53,241 nucleotides of DNA, taken from positions 1 to 53,241 of the IMG/VR virus record IMGVR_UViG_3300007619_000003, one strand, 5' to 3'. The position numbers and the translations under genes were made by a program. Numbering within the stretch: the stretch's first letter is position 1; every line of letters starts with the position of its first letter. Positions 17,497 through 26,535 of the stretch are shown in pieces. Below the pieces are notes generated by a model that was not told where the DNA came from, did no database searches, and saw nothing but the letters and a program-made list of their open reading frames with translations. This stretch comes from a virus (lineage: Duplodnaviria; Caudoviricetes).

Positions 17497-19024
17497 GCTC
17501 GTCCTCGCCCAGTCGCGCATAGCGGCCGAGCTGCTCGGCGACTGGTACATCCGCCCGAAGACCCGCGAGGAGTGGGAGGAACTCCCGCTCGACCTCTTCC
17601 CCGACGTCAAGCTCAGGGCGATTGCCAAGCTCGCGAACGAACGGATCGACCCCGAGCGGCTCGAGACGGCGCTTGCGCGGAACGGCGGGCGGGAGAGCTG
17701 GCCCTTCCCCGGCGACGCGGTCGACTTCCTGCTCAGCATGCCGACGCGGGCGAAGTCGTTCGCGGCGCTCGCCCACGAGCTGCGCGACGTCCACGGGCGG
17801 CGCGCGCTCCGGGACCAGCTCGGGGAGCTGCGCGACAGTACGGGCAAGCAGTCGACGGCCGAGCTGCTCGAAGCGCTCGAGAAGACCCGCTCTTCCCTCA
17901 GCGCCGGCGTCAGCGACCGCTTCGAAGTCATGAGCGAACGCGTGCTCCTGACGCCGCCCGGACCCACTACCTGGATCTGCAAAGGGCTCTCGCTCGCGGA
18001 AGAGGAGCAGCCCGTCGTCATATTCGCCCGCGCCGGCGAAGGCAAGAGCTGGGTCGCCTTCGAGCTCGCCGTCGCCGTCGCGAGCGGCTCTCAGTTCTGC
18101 GGCGTCCTTCCCGTCAAGCGCGGCAAGGTGCTGTACCTCGATTACGAGGTTGGCGAGAAGTCGACCCGGCGGCGCGTCCAGACGCTCGCGAAGGGACGGC
18201 AGCGCGGCCCGTTCGAGGGGCGGCTCCGCCCGGTCATCTCGCCGCGCTTCCGGCTCGACGATCCGAAAGCCGAAGACATCCTGGCCCGCGAGACGGACGG
18301 CCATCTCCTCTGCGCCATCGACTCGTTCGCCGCCGCGTACGGCGGCGTGGACGAGAATACGCCGCAGGTCGGGCAGCTTCTCGGGATGATGTACCGCGTC
18401 ACGCGCCGGACCGGCTGCCAGTTCCTGCTCGTCCATCACTCGCGGAAGCGGTCCCGCGATGGCGGCCAGGGCGGCCAGGGCGGGAAGAACGACGAGAGTG
18501 AAGACCTCGAGGCGATGCGCGGGAGCGGCTCGATTCCCGCGCAGTCGTCGGCGGTCTGGGCCCTGAACGGTAAGCTCGCCGAGGGCGCCCGCCTGACCAA
18601 CCCGAAGAACCGCGTCGCGAAGAAGTCCGACGGCTTTACCATCACGCTCTGTCAGGCGGCGGACGACCCGCGCGATCCGGCGATGGGCGCGCTCCGTCTC
18701 GAGTGCCGCCCGCTCGAGACCGAGCCCGACGAAGAGTCCGGGTTGCAGCGTGACCAGTCGCTCGCCAAGGCGTCGGAGCGGGTCCTCGAGTTCGTCCGCC
18801 ACCACCCGATGACGTCGACCCGGCGGCTCGCGGAAGAACTCGGACTCAAGGACCGGGTCATCCGGGTCGCGCTCGAGCGGCTCGTCGAAGACGGCGTCGT
18901 CGAGCGCGGAAACCCGGGGGGGAGACAGGCCGGGCGCGGGAGCGCCTGGGTCGCCGTCGGCGCCGACGGGACGAAGCCGTTCGACCAGGGCGACATGTTC
19001 CCGGAGCCCGACGACGGCCTATAG
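17480..19024 (+). CDS. AAA_25/RepA-like (SF4-type) replicative helicase with C-terminal winged helix
   Basis: Walker A ARAGEGKS, VLYLDYE, Walker B CAIDS, LVHHSRK, RGSGSI; C-terminal STRRLAEELGL...ALERLVEDGVV wHTH. Confidence 0.85.
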   Translation: MSSADELVLAQSRIAAELLGDWYIRPKTREEWEELPLDLFPDVKLRAIAKLANERIDPERLETALARNGGRESWPFPGDAVDFLLSMPTRAKSFAALAHELRDVHGRRALRDQLGELRDSTGKQSTAELLEALEKTRSSLSAGVSDRFEVMSERVLLTPPGPTTWICKGLSLAEEEQPVVIFARAGEGKSWVAFELAVAVASGSQFCGVLPVKRGKVLYLDYEVGEKSTRRRVQTLAKGRQRGPFEGRLRPVISPRFRLDDPKAEDILARETDGHLLCAIDSFAAAYGGVDENTPQVGQLLGMMYRVTRRTGCQFLLVHHSRKRSRDGGQGGQGGKNDESEDLEAMRGSGSIPAQSSAVWALNGKLAEGARLTNPKNRVAKKSDGFTITLCQAADDPRDPAMGALRLECRPLETEPDEESGLQRDQSLAKASERVLEFVRHHPMTSTRRLAEELGLKDRVIRVALERLVEDGVVERGNPGGRQAGRGSAWVAVGADGTKPFDQGDMFPEPDDGL

Positions 19025-19470
19025 CGCGGCGCGTCTAGCTCTGCGTTAACGCGTGTTCCATGAGTTAAACCGGACGTCGCCGAACGCTTACCTAAGAGGC
19101 GCGGTGTCTCAGCGGGTTTCCCGAATAGTCCCGGGGCTCTGGGGTGATAGTTCGACGCTCGCTGGAACACGGCGTCGAACTAATGAGACGCGGAGACGGT
19201 GGGCTTACCGAAGCGACGTTTCGCTCCGGGCTTGTCGCCTTAACGAGGTGTCTCACTAGTTACACAAAAGTTCGACATGCTTGTTTTTGCCTGTCGTTCT
19301 GTTTGGGCCCGGCGTTCAGAATCGCGAATCCAGTATGAATATAGGGCGATTAGTCAGTGTCTCATTAGTTAAACGGGACCTCTTAAAAGTTAGACGAGCG
19401 TCGACAGGAGCGCGTCCGCCGCCGGGGACCCCTCCCCCCCCGTCAGGGGGGGGGGGGAGGGGTTCCTCCC
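19025..19470. other. Putative replication origin (AT-enriched, iterated motif, hairpins)
   Basis: Non-coding, downstream of the helicase. GYGTCTCAYTAGTT at 19248 and 19357, inverted at 19178, partial at 19104. Inverted repeat 19148-19182; C/G-run hairpin 19428-19463. Confidence 0.6.
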
Positions 19471-19604
19471 CCGGCGCGGTCCGCCGCTCCACGCGCGGGC
19501 TGGGCACCGTTCGGAGCGTTCGAAGTTTCACCGCGGCGGCGAGTCCCGACCGAGTGACCCGACCGTCGCGCGCGCCGCGAACGGGCAGCCGATCCGATTT
19601 CGAC

Positions 19605-19634
19605 TAGACGGAGCCGCGCCGCGTCGGGTACCCT
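19605..19634 (+). promoter_or_regulatory. Promoter TAGACG-N18-TACCCT
   Basis: Shares the TACCCT -10 with the late promoters; 10 nt before ATG 19645. Confidence 0.4.
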
Positions 19635-19644
19635 CCGGGACTCG

Positions 19645-20028
19645 ATGGCGAAGGACGACTCGGCTCCGAAGACATCCCCGACCGGCGCAGGATCGGGGAA
19701 GCCGTCAGCGGCTGGGTCGGCCACCGCCGCCACCGGAGCGAGCGACGCGGAACCCGCCGAGGACCCGGACGTCGTTCGACGTCGAGCGATCGCTGACGAC
19801 ATCCGGTCCGCCGCTCCCGCGTCGGCCGACCCGAACGAGTGCCTGGCGATCGCGGAGAACGTCGCCGGCGGAGCGTACGAGAGCGGACAGGGCGACCTGG
19901 CGGGAGACCTGGCGGGCGTCGGCTGCCCCGAGGGCGATCGGCGCGCCATCTGTCGCCGCGTCGGAGTCTCGACGGAGCCCGTTCCTCCGCCGCCGCCGGA
20001 TGCTCCCGCTCTCGCCGCCGGCGAATAG
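19645..20028 (+). CDS. Hypothetical protein
   Basis: 127 aa, Ala/Pro/Asp-rich. Confidence 0.6.
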   Translation: MAKDDSAPKTSPTGAGSGKPSAAGSATAATGASDAEPAEDPDVVRRRAIADDIRSAAPASADPNECLAIAENVAGGAYESGQGDLAGDLAGVGCPEGDRRAICRRVGVSTEPVPPPPPDAPALAAGE

Positions 20029-20088
20029 CGTCGCCGTAGACACGGGCCGGCCGATCGCGTAGCTTCCGGGCTTTCCCCCGGAGAGACT

Positions 20089-20469
20089 ATGGCGAAGACA
20101 GATCCCGACGTCCCGATGGTCCGGAAGGACCTGACCGATGAGCAGGTCGAGGAGCGGAGCAAGGTGCTCGCGTCGCGCATCGTCGAGCGGATGAAGCTCG
20201 AGGAGAAGAAGCGGGACGCGGACAAGAAGTGGGCGGCTCAGCTGAAGCTGCTCGAAGAGCAAATCGATACCCTGGGACGCGAAGTCCACGAGCGGGCGTC
20301 GATGGTCCCGAGCCAGCTCGAGATGGGGCGCGACCCGGACGAGCCACCGCCGATCCCCGGAGTCGAGGCGTCGTCGTCGGCGCGGAAGAAGCGAGTCCGC
20401 GGGAGCAAGAAGTCGGCGCCGCGAAAGAAGAAAGCGACTCGAGCGAACGGCATCGCCGCTTCGCCGTAG
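20089..20469 (+). CDS. Hypothetical coiled-coil protein with basic tail
   Basis: GGAGAG RBS; coiled coil followed by Lys/Arg-rich C-terminus. Confidence 0.7.
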   Translation: MAKTDPDVPMVRKDLTDEQVEERSKVLASRIVERMKLEEKKRDADKKWAAQLKLLEEQIDTLGREVHERASMVPSQLEMGRDPDEPPPIPGVEASSSARKKRVRGSKKSAPRKKKATRANGIAASP

Positions 20470-20502
20470 CCCTCTCACCCACCCAAACGAAAGGAACCCC
20501 AA

Positions 20503-20784
20503 GTGACGGAAGGCCCCCGGCACAAGGCGCCCGAGATTGACCCGCTCAGTAGAGCGTGCGTCGGTCTCGGGCTTTTTTCCCGCGAGCGCGCGCTCGAGGA
20601 CGCGGCTCTCGTCGCGGTGACGCTCGCCCAGATGCGGAAGGAGCTCGACGCGGTCATGGCGGAGCGGTCCCGTCTCATCGCCCAGGGCGACTGCGGCATC
20701 CCGGTTACCCAGAGCGAGCTCGACGCGCTCGACGATATCGAGCGACAACTCCGCGCGGCGCTCGCGAGTGCGCCTGGGGCGTAA
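20503..20784 (+). CDS. Hypothetical protein
   Basis: AAAGGA RBS; 93 aa. Confidence 0.6.
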   Translation: MTEGPRHKAPEIDPLSRACVGLGLFSRERALEDAALVAVTLAQMRKELDAVMAERSRLIAQGDCGIPVTQSELDALDDIERQLRAALASAPGA

Positions 20785-20787
20785 GCG

Positions 20788-20994
20788 ATGAGCGGGAAGG
20801 ACCCGGGCGAATGCCGTTCCTGCGGCGGTCTCATCTACTGGGTGACGATGGCGAGCGGGAAGCGGATGCCGGTCGACCGGGGCGGTCAGAAGCGGGTCGT
20901 CGACGTCGACGGGACCTGGCGGGTGATGACCGCGTTCCGCTCGCACTTCGAGTCGTGCAAGGACGCCGACCAGCACCGGAGACCGCGGTCGTGA
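20788..20994 (+). CDS. Small phage zinc-finger protein
   Basis: CRSCGGLIYW...GKRMPVD...SHFESC. Confidence 0.75.
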   Translation: MSGKDPGECRSCGGLIYWVTMASGKRMPVDRGGQKRVVDVDGTWRVMTAFRSHFESCKDADQHRRPRS

Positions 20995-21323
20995 GCGGCT
21001 TCAACGACGACCTGTCCCGCGCGATGCGCGAGCTCGAGGCGGAGACGGGCTTGACCGGCCGGGTCGGGGAGACGGTAGAGGTCCGCCCGGCGACGGACGA
21101 CGAGCAGCGCGAAGCGCTCGAGCGGGAGCTCGGCCGCGACGTAACCGTCTGCGCGGAGTGTCTCCGCGCGTCCTGCTGGCACGGCGAGTTCATGTGCGAG
21201 CGGAGCCGGGACGCGAACGTCCGGACGCTGACGGTCCGCCAGCTCCGCTCGCTGAACCTCGAGCACCCGGACAACTACAGCCGGGAGCGGGTCGCCGAAG
21301 TCCACGGGAGCGAGCCGGAGTGA
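20991..21323 (+). CDS. Hypothetical Cys-motif protein
   Basis: GTGA overlap; VTVCAECLRASCWHGEFMC. Confidence 0.65.
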   Translation: MSGFNDDLSRAMRELEAETGLTGRVGETVEVRPATDDEQREALERELGRDVTVCAECLRASCWHGEFMCERSRDANVRTLTVRQLRSLNLEHPDNYSRERVAEVHGSEPE

Positions 21324-21556
21324 GCAACGTCTACCACGCCGTTGGGCACGACGGCCGAGCTCGCTGCGACCACGGCCTTGAGCTCGAGCTCTCGGCGGGG
21401 CGCACGTCGGGCAGCGTTCCGGCGCCCCAACGCTGTAAGCGCGCGGCTTGCGTCGTTCACTGGTGCGACGTCGACGTCGACCGTAACGGCTGCTCGCTGT
21501 TCGGGAAGGCCGCGCCGGCGAACGCATGCCGTCGAGCTCGACCGAGGGACGTCTGA
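21320..21556 (+). CDS. Small His/Cys zinc-binding protein
   Basis: YH...C...VPxxxRCxRxxC...W motif, also present at the RuvC N-terminus. Confidence 0.5.
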   Translation: MSNVYHAVGHDGRARCDHGLELELSAGRTSGSVPAPQRCKRAACVVHWCDVDVDRNGCSLFGKAAPANACRRARPRDV

Positions 21557-22152
21557 TGCCGAAGCGACCCGCCCCGCCGCCGCGTCCGCCGCCGCCCTAC
21601 CGGGCAGGCGACGCCGTCCCGCCGGCGGAGCCGCCGAGCTTCGAGCCGCCGGAGTTCGACCCGGAAGCCGTCGACGCGAAGCGGCGGGTCGAGCTCGCAG
21701 CGGAGATCGGTAAGACGACGTCGGCCGAGCTTCTGGTGATGATGGGCGACGTTCTCTCCCGCTCGGTCTTCCATCCCGGCGGGTTCGGGCTCGCCCCGCT
21801 CGACTCGCAACGTCTCAGCGACCTGGAGTGGATTCGCCGCATCGTCCTCGCCGACGAGAAGAGCCGAAGCCAGAGACGTCGACTCTTCACCGTCGAGAGC
21901 GACGGGACTCCGGAGGGGACGCGGCTTCTCCTCGACGGTGAAGAACTCGAGGCGCCCATCACTCACATCGCCTGGACGATTCCCGGACCGGACGAGCCCG
22001 CGGAGCTCGAACTCCGGATGACCGCTTGTCCGTCGTGGGACCCGACGACGCGAGAGCTGACGCACCCGATCCGCTCGACGCTCGCCGCGCTCCCGTCGAA
22101 CGTGACCGTGGTCGTCGACGACCCGAACCGCCCGGAGCGGGAGACGGAGTGA
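21556..22152 (+). CDS. Hypothetical protein with Pro-rich N-terminus
   Basis: TGATG coupling; 198 aa. Confidence 0.6.
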   Translation: MPKRPAPPPRPPPPYRAGDAVPPAEPPSFEPPEFDPEAVDAKRRVELAAEIGKTTSAELLVMMGDVLSRSVFHPGGFGLAPLDSQRLSDLEWIRRIVLADEKSRSQRRRLFTVESDGTPEGTRLLLDGEELEAPITHIAWTIPGPDEPAELELRMTACPSWDPTTRELTHPIRSTLAALPSNVTVVVDDPNRPERETE

Positions 22153-22376
22153 TCGGCCAGTTCCACCTCGGCGAGTTCCGGCGGGCCATCTTCGCCCCGC
22201 CGGCATTCGTCGCTGACGTCGACCGTTGGGTCCGGTCCCGGCCCGGGTTCGCGGGCTGGTCCGTCGAGTGCGAGCCGGCGCTCCGTGACGACCAGTGCTT
22301 GGTCTTCGACGCCGCCGGGCGGATGACGTTCGTCCGCGTCGTCCGGTTCCGTCTCGTCCAGGGTGGCAAGTCATGA
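22149..22376 (+). CDS. Hypothetical protein
   Basis: GTGA coupling; 75 aa. Confidence 0.5.
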   Translation: MIGQFHLGEFRRAIFAPPAFVADVDRWVRSRPGFAGWSVECEPALRDDQCLVFDAAGRMTFVRVVRFRLVQGGKS

Positions 22377-22600
22377 GCGACGTCCTACTGTTCGTCGGCG
22401 CGTTCGCGCTCGGGGCCCTGACCTATCGGAGCTACGTTCAGCGGCAATCGTCAGCGCTTCCGGCCCTAGCGACGGAGCTGGAGCGGTACGCGTCGGCGCG
22501 CGGGAAATCGCGCCCGTGCGAGTTCTGCGGCGAGCGCCGGGGCAATACGCTCGACCGCGGTTGGTATCGTTGCAACGCTTGCGGGGAGCCCTCGCAGTGA
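22373..22600 (+). CDS. Membrane-anchored zinc-ribbon protein
   Basis: N-terminal TM segment; CEFC...CNAC. Confidence 0.6.
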   Translation: MSDVLLFVGAFALGALTYRSYVQRQSSALPALATELERYASARGKSRPCEFCGERRGNTLDRGWYRCNACGEPSQ

Positions 22601-22749
22601 AGCTGGCGATTGAAGGGCAGTGGCTCGCCCCGAGGCGCTGCCCGAAGTGCCGACGGCTCATGTACGCTCACACTTGCGCGACCGATGACCGCTGCCAGCC
22701 TTGCCGTAACGCCGACCCGGAAGCGCGCCCGGAGCGGGGGCGGTCGTGA
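22597..22749 (+). CDS. Small zinc-ribbon protein
   Basis: CPKC...CQPC; coupled at both ends. Confidence 0.45.
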   Translation: MKLAIEGQWLAPRRCPKCRRLMYAHTCATDDRCQPCRNADPEARPERGRS

Positions 22750-24449
22750 AGCTCCGTCTCGCGGACGGGCTCTCGATGGACGCGAGCGAAGCGGCGACGC
22801 AGACGTTCGCGGCGCTCGCGGGGAAGGGCCAGGGCAAGAGCTACCTCGCGGGGAAGTTCGTCGAGCAGCTCGTCGGGGCGAGCTGCCCGACCGTCGTCGT
22901 CGAGCCCGTCGGGAACTGGTGGCCGCTCCGGCTCGGGAAGGACGGCAAGTCGCCGGGGCTCCCGATCGTCGTGATCGGCGGAGAGCACGGAGACGTCCCG
23001 GTCGAGCCGACGCAGGGCGCGGAAGTCGGGCGGTTCCTCGTCGAGACGAACGGCTCGGCCGTGATCGACGTCTCCGGCTTCTCGAAGACGAAGCGGCAGT
23101 CGTTCGTCGCCGACTTCGCCGAAGCGTTCTACATCGCGAGCCGGAAGGCGGCGACGCCCCGGATGCTCGTCCTCGAAGAGGCGCAGGTCTTCGCGCCCCA
23201 GCACGCGGCGCGCGGCCAGGAGCGGATGCTCGGCGCGATGACGGACATCGTCCGGCTCGGTCGCAACCACGGGATCGGGTCGATGCTCGTCAGCCAGCGG
23301 CCGCAGAGCGTCTCGAAAGAAGTCCTGAACATGGTCGAGTGCCTGTTCGTCGGCGGGATGCGCGGCCCGCACGAGCGGAAGGCGATCGCGGGCTGGGTGA
23401 CGGAGCAAGCCGACGGCGAGGGAGAAGTCGCGGCGCAGCTCCGGCGGCTCCCGGAACTCCAGCCCGGGGACTTCTTCTGCTGGTCCCCGTCCTGGCTCTC
23501 CGTCGCGAAGCCGATCCGCGTTCTGCCGAAAGACACCTTCGACGGGACGTCGACGCCGAAGCTCGGCGGCTCACGTGCGCGGGCGCCGAAGCTCGCCCCG
23601 GTCGACGTCAGCGCGCTGACCGCCGCGCTCACCCCGCCCGCGAAGGAGCCGCCGAAGCCGGGGAGCGGGCCGTCGAACCACGCGCATGTCGAGCGGGAAC
23701 TCCGGGGCGAGCTCGCCGAAGCGAAGCGGCGTCTAGCGGCTTCGCTCGCGGAGGGCGCCGAGCTCCGGGAAGGGCTCCGTCAGATACACGCGGCGCTCGA
23801 CCGACTTCTTGCGACGATGGAAAGCACGACGCTCGGGAAGAGTTTCCCGGGCGAGCCTGTGCCGGCGAATGGGCGCGGAGACGCGGAGCAGGGGGGATGG
23901 GCTCCCCGCCCGCCCGCGCTCGCTCTCGCCGCCGGCGACGACGCCGCTACGGTAGGCGGGCGCCCGACGAAGAACGGGGCTAGCGCGTCGGGAGACTACG
24001 CGCTCGCCCTTCTCCGCTCGCTCGTCGCCTACGGGCCGTCGACGCGGCTCCGGCTCTCGCTCGTCTCCGGGAAGAGCCGGACGAGCTCGACGTTCGCCGC
24101 CGCGCTCCGGGAGCTGAAGGCGGTCGGGCTCGTCGAAGAGTCCAGCGGGGAGCTACGCGCAACCGCGGACGGGAAGCAGAGCGCCGGGAAGGTCGCCGTC
24201 CCGAAGGGTTATGAGCTCTTCGACCACTGGTGCGCGCGGCTCGCCGCGTACGACCGCAGGAACTTCCAGGTGCTCGCCGGTCGCGCCCGGGGGTACACTC
24301 GGGCAGAGCTATCGGACATGACCGGCCACTCCCGGACGAGCTCGTCGTTCGCGGCGAGTCTCCGGCGGCTCCGTGGGCTCGGCCTGGTCAGCGAGTCCGG
24401 CGGCGCGTTACGTATCAGCGACCAAGCGAAGGAGACGATGGAGCTATGA
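22746..24449 (+). CDS. HerA/DUF87-like P-loop ATPase with duplicated C-terminal wHTH
   Basis: AGKGQGKS, VVVEPVGNW, LVLEEAQVFAPQ, GRNHGIG, SQRPQ; two repeats of TRxxLS...SRTSSxFAAxLRxL...GLVxES. Confidence 0.85.
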   Translation: MKLRLADGLSMDASEAATQTFAALAGKGQGKSYLAGKFVEQLVGASCPTVVVEPVGNWWPLRLGKDGKSPGLPIVVIGGEHGDVPVEPTQGAEVGRFLVETNGSAVIDVSGFSKTKRQSFVADFAEAFYIASRKAATPRMLVLEEAQVFAPQHAARGQERMLGAMTDIVRLGRNHGIGSMLVSQRPQSVSKEVLNMVECLFVGGMRGPHERKAIAGWVTEQADGEGEVAAQLRRLPELQPGDFFCWSPSWLSVAKPIRVLPKDTFDGTSTPKLGGSRARAPKLAPVDVSALTAALTPPAKEPPKPGSGPSNHAHVERELRGELAEAKRRLAASLAEGAELREGLRQIHAALDRLLATMESTTLGKSFPGEPVPANGRGDAEQGGWAPRPPALALAAGDDAATVGGRPTKNGASASGDYALALLRSLVAYGPSTRLRLSLVSGKSRTSSTFAAALRELKAVGLVEESSGELRATADGKQSAGKVAVPKGYELFDHWCARLAAYDRRNFQVLAGRARGYTRAELSDMTGHSRTSSSFAASLRRLRGLGLVSESGGALRISDQAKETMEL

Positions 24450-25075
24450 GCTTATGCGGAGACTTCAACCCGACGATCGGACCCGAAGGGGCGCGGTGCC
24501 AGCGGGACGCGGGTCACGACGGACCGCACGTCTGCGGCAAGCGGCAGTGGCTTCCACGATGCGAGAGCGTCGAGCCGGGGGGGACGTGGAAGTGTACGCT
24601 CGAGAAAGGTCACGCCGGGCTGCATTACAACGGACCGTCGAACCGTAAATGGCTCGGGAACGGTCCGCTCAGCCAGCTGTGGTGCCGCTGGCAGGGCGGC
24701 GTTCTTTACATCGGGCGCGACGACGTCTCGCTCCAGCTGTTCCAGGCGGACCGCCGACACCTCCTCGACCGGCTACTCGAGAGCGGAGCGGGTAATTTGG
24801 AGAAGCCCGTGACCGTCGGCGTGACGCTCGAACAGGTTCCGATGGGTACGATGGTCGCTCAGCGCGAACCCGTCCAGGGGCTCTCCGAGGCAAGGGCGCT
24901 GATTGAGCGGGCGACGGCGCACCTCGCCGAGGGCTCGACGCCGGACAGCTACAACCTGACCGAGCGACTCGCCATCGACTTGAACGAAGCGGCTCTCAAC
25001 GCGCAGCTCGCGCAGGCGGCGCTTCGCGCGAAGACGCGGGTCCTCGAGGACCGGCTCGGGGACGTCGAGGGCTAG
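24446..25075 (+). CDS. Hypothetical protein with two CCHH-type motifs and a coiled coil
   Basis: C..RCQRDAGHDGPH and C..KCTLEKGHAGLH. Confidence 0.65.
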   Translation: MSLCGDFNPTIGPEGARCQRDAGHDGPHVCGKRQWLPRCESVEPGGTWKCTLEKGHAGLHYNGPSNRKWLGNGPLSQLWCRWQGGVLYIGRDDVSLQLFQADRRHLLDRLLESGAGNLEKPVTVGVTLEQVPMGTMVAQREPVQGLSEARALIERATAHLAEGSTPDSYNLTERLAIDLNEAALNAQLAQAALRAKTRVLEDRLGDVEG

Positions 25076-25076
25076 C

Positions 25077-25478
25077 GTGGAGCCGCCGACGCCAAGCGTT
25101 ACGGGCGGGGAGACGTGGGCGAGCGTCTTCGGTTACTGCGGGAAGTGCGGTCGTCGGCTTGTCGCGGCCCGGACGGCGGACGGTCCATGGTTCTACGGTT
25201 GCCGCGCCTGCCATCCGAGCGAGCCGACGAGCGAACTCGTCGAGCGAGCGAAGAGCGTCCAGCGCCGGCTCTGGGCGACCATGGAAGCCGAACAGGAGAG
25301 GTGGCTACGCGGCGCCGCGTTCCGCGCCATCGCCCGCGCCTGGTACGTCAACGGCGGTCCCTACTGGCTCCGCCGCCCGCGCCGCTGGGCTCGCGCCTAC
25401 CGCTGGGCGCTCCGCCTACTCGGCGTCGACGTCGCGCTCGCCGTCGCCCTGGCGGTCGCCCGCTGGTGGCTCGGATGA
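25077..25478 (+). CDS. Zinc-ribbon membrane protein
   Basis: CGKC...CRAC; hydrophobic C-terminus. Confidence 0.5.
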   Translation: MEPPTPSVTGGETWASVFGYCGKCGRRLVAARTADGPWFYGCRACHPSEPTSELVERAKSVQRRLWATMEAEQERWLRGAAFRAIARAWYVNGGPYWLRRPRRWARAYRWALRLLGVDVALAVALAVARWWLG

Positions 25479-26275
25479 AGCTCTTCGCCGGGCAGGTGGA
25501 AGTAATCGGCGGCGCCCGTGGGGGCCGGCGCTACCACGTCTCGAGACCCGGCGACCAGCGGCACCCAGCCTGCTCGTGGGATCGGACGCTCACGAACGAA
25601 TGCGAGCCGGCGCAAGTCCCCCTCGTTCTTCGCTGCCAGCGGCCAGGGTGTAAGCAGCTGTGGCCGCCGGAGTCGCCGAGAAGCGACGGGAAGAAGCCGC
25701 CCGAAGCGAAGCCCGCGATCGAAGTTCGCGTCGCGGAGAACCCGGAGCGCTTCGACCCGCAGGCGGGAACGCGCATTCTCGGGATCGACCCGGGCTTCCG
25801 CTTCGTCGGTATCGGGGTCATCGTCATCACGCCGACGGCCGTCCGATGCGTCCACAGCGAGCGGTTCGTCACGAAGCCGAGCGACGGGAAGCCCGGGCGG
25901 CGGCTCGACATGATCGCGGTCCGCATTCACGACGTCATCTCCCGCGAGCTCCCCGACTGCGTCGGCATCGAGAACGTCTCCAACGTCGGGCACGGCAAAG
26001 GGGAGACGAACGCGGCGAGCTCCGAGATGCTCAAAGTCCCGGGCATCGTCCGCGGGCTCGCGGTGGTCTACGGCGGCGTCCCCGTCTTCGACATAGCGAC
26101 GTCAACCGCCCGCGTGGCGACGTTCGGGAAGGGGAACAGCCGCGGCAAGACGAAGAGCGACGTGGTCACGGCGGTCCAGCGCATCTGCGGATTCCGCCGG
26201 AAGCCAAACCAAGAAGTAGCGGAAGCGATCGCGGTAGCCTTCGGCGCGTTCCGCCAGTACCATTCGATGCGATGA
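25475..26275 (+). CDS. ruvC: RuvC-like Holliday junction resolvase with N-terminal Zn-binding extension
   Basis: RILGIDPG, PDCVGIE, GKGNSRGKTK, EVAEAIAVA. Confidence 0.85.
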   Translation: MKLFAGQVEVIGGARGGRRYHVSRPGDQRHPACSWDRTLTNECEPAQVPLVLRCQRPGCKQLWPPESPRSDGKKPPEAKPAIEVRVAENPERFDPQAGTRILGIDPGFRFVGIGVIVITPTAVRCVHSERFVTKPSDGKPGRRLDMIAVRIHDVISRELPDCVGIENVSNVGHGKGETNAASSEMLKVPGIVRGLAVVYGGVPVFDIATSTARVATFGKGNSRGKTKSDVVTAVQRICGFRRKPNQEVAEAIAVAFGAFRQYHSMR

Positions 26276-26535
26276 GCGACGCCGACGACACCAGGCGGGA
26301 GTGGCACGAGGAACTGTCCCTGGCCGCTCTCGGTCGCTATCACCCGAGCATCGCGGAAGTTCTCCGCTGGTTCCGGTACGACCATCTGCCGCCGGGGCTC
26401 CAGCAGGTCTCGCGAGACTTTGCCGGCCTCGCCGTCCTGACGGCTTCGCGCTCTCAGAACGCGGAGACGACGGTCGCCCTCCGGAAGCTTCTCGAGTCGA
26501 AGGACGCCGCGGTCAGGGCGTCGGTCCCGGAATGA
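26272..26535 (+). CDS. Conserved small phage helical-hairpin protein (HLPP...ETTVALRKLLESKDAAVRA)
   Basis: Recognisable widespread phage hypothetical motif; ATGA coupling. Confidence 0.75.
   Translation: MSDADDTRREWHEELSLAALGRYHPSIAEVLRWFRYDHLPPGLQQVSRDFAGLAVLTASRSQNAETTVALRKLLESKDAAVRASVPE

Noticed and set aside
19025-19470. CRISPR array or short ORFs in the intergenic region
   Set aside because: Repeats are only ~14 bp, irregularly spaced and in both orientations; the ORFs have atypical codons; no cas genes
22746-24449. HerA-based defence system (Sir2-HerA type)
   Set aside because: No effector partner is adjacent; the gene is embedded in a phage middle operon
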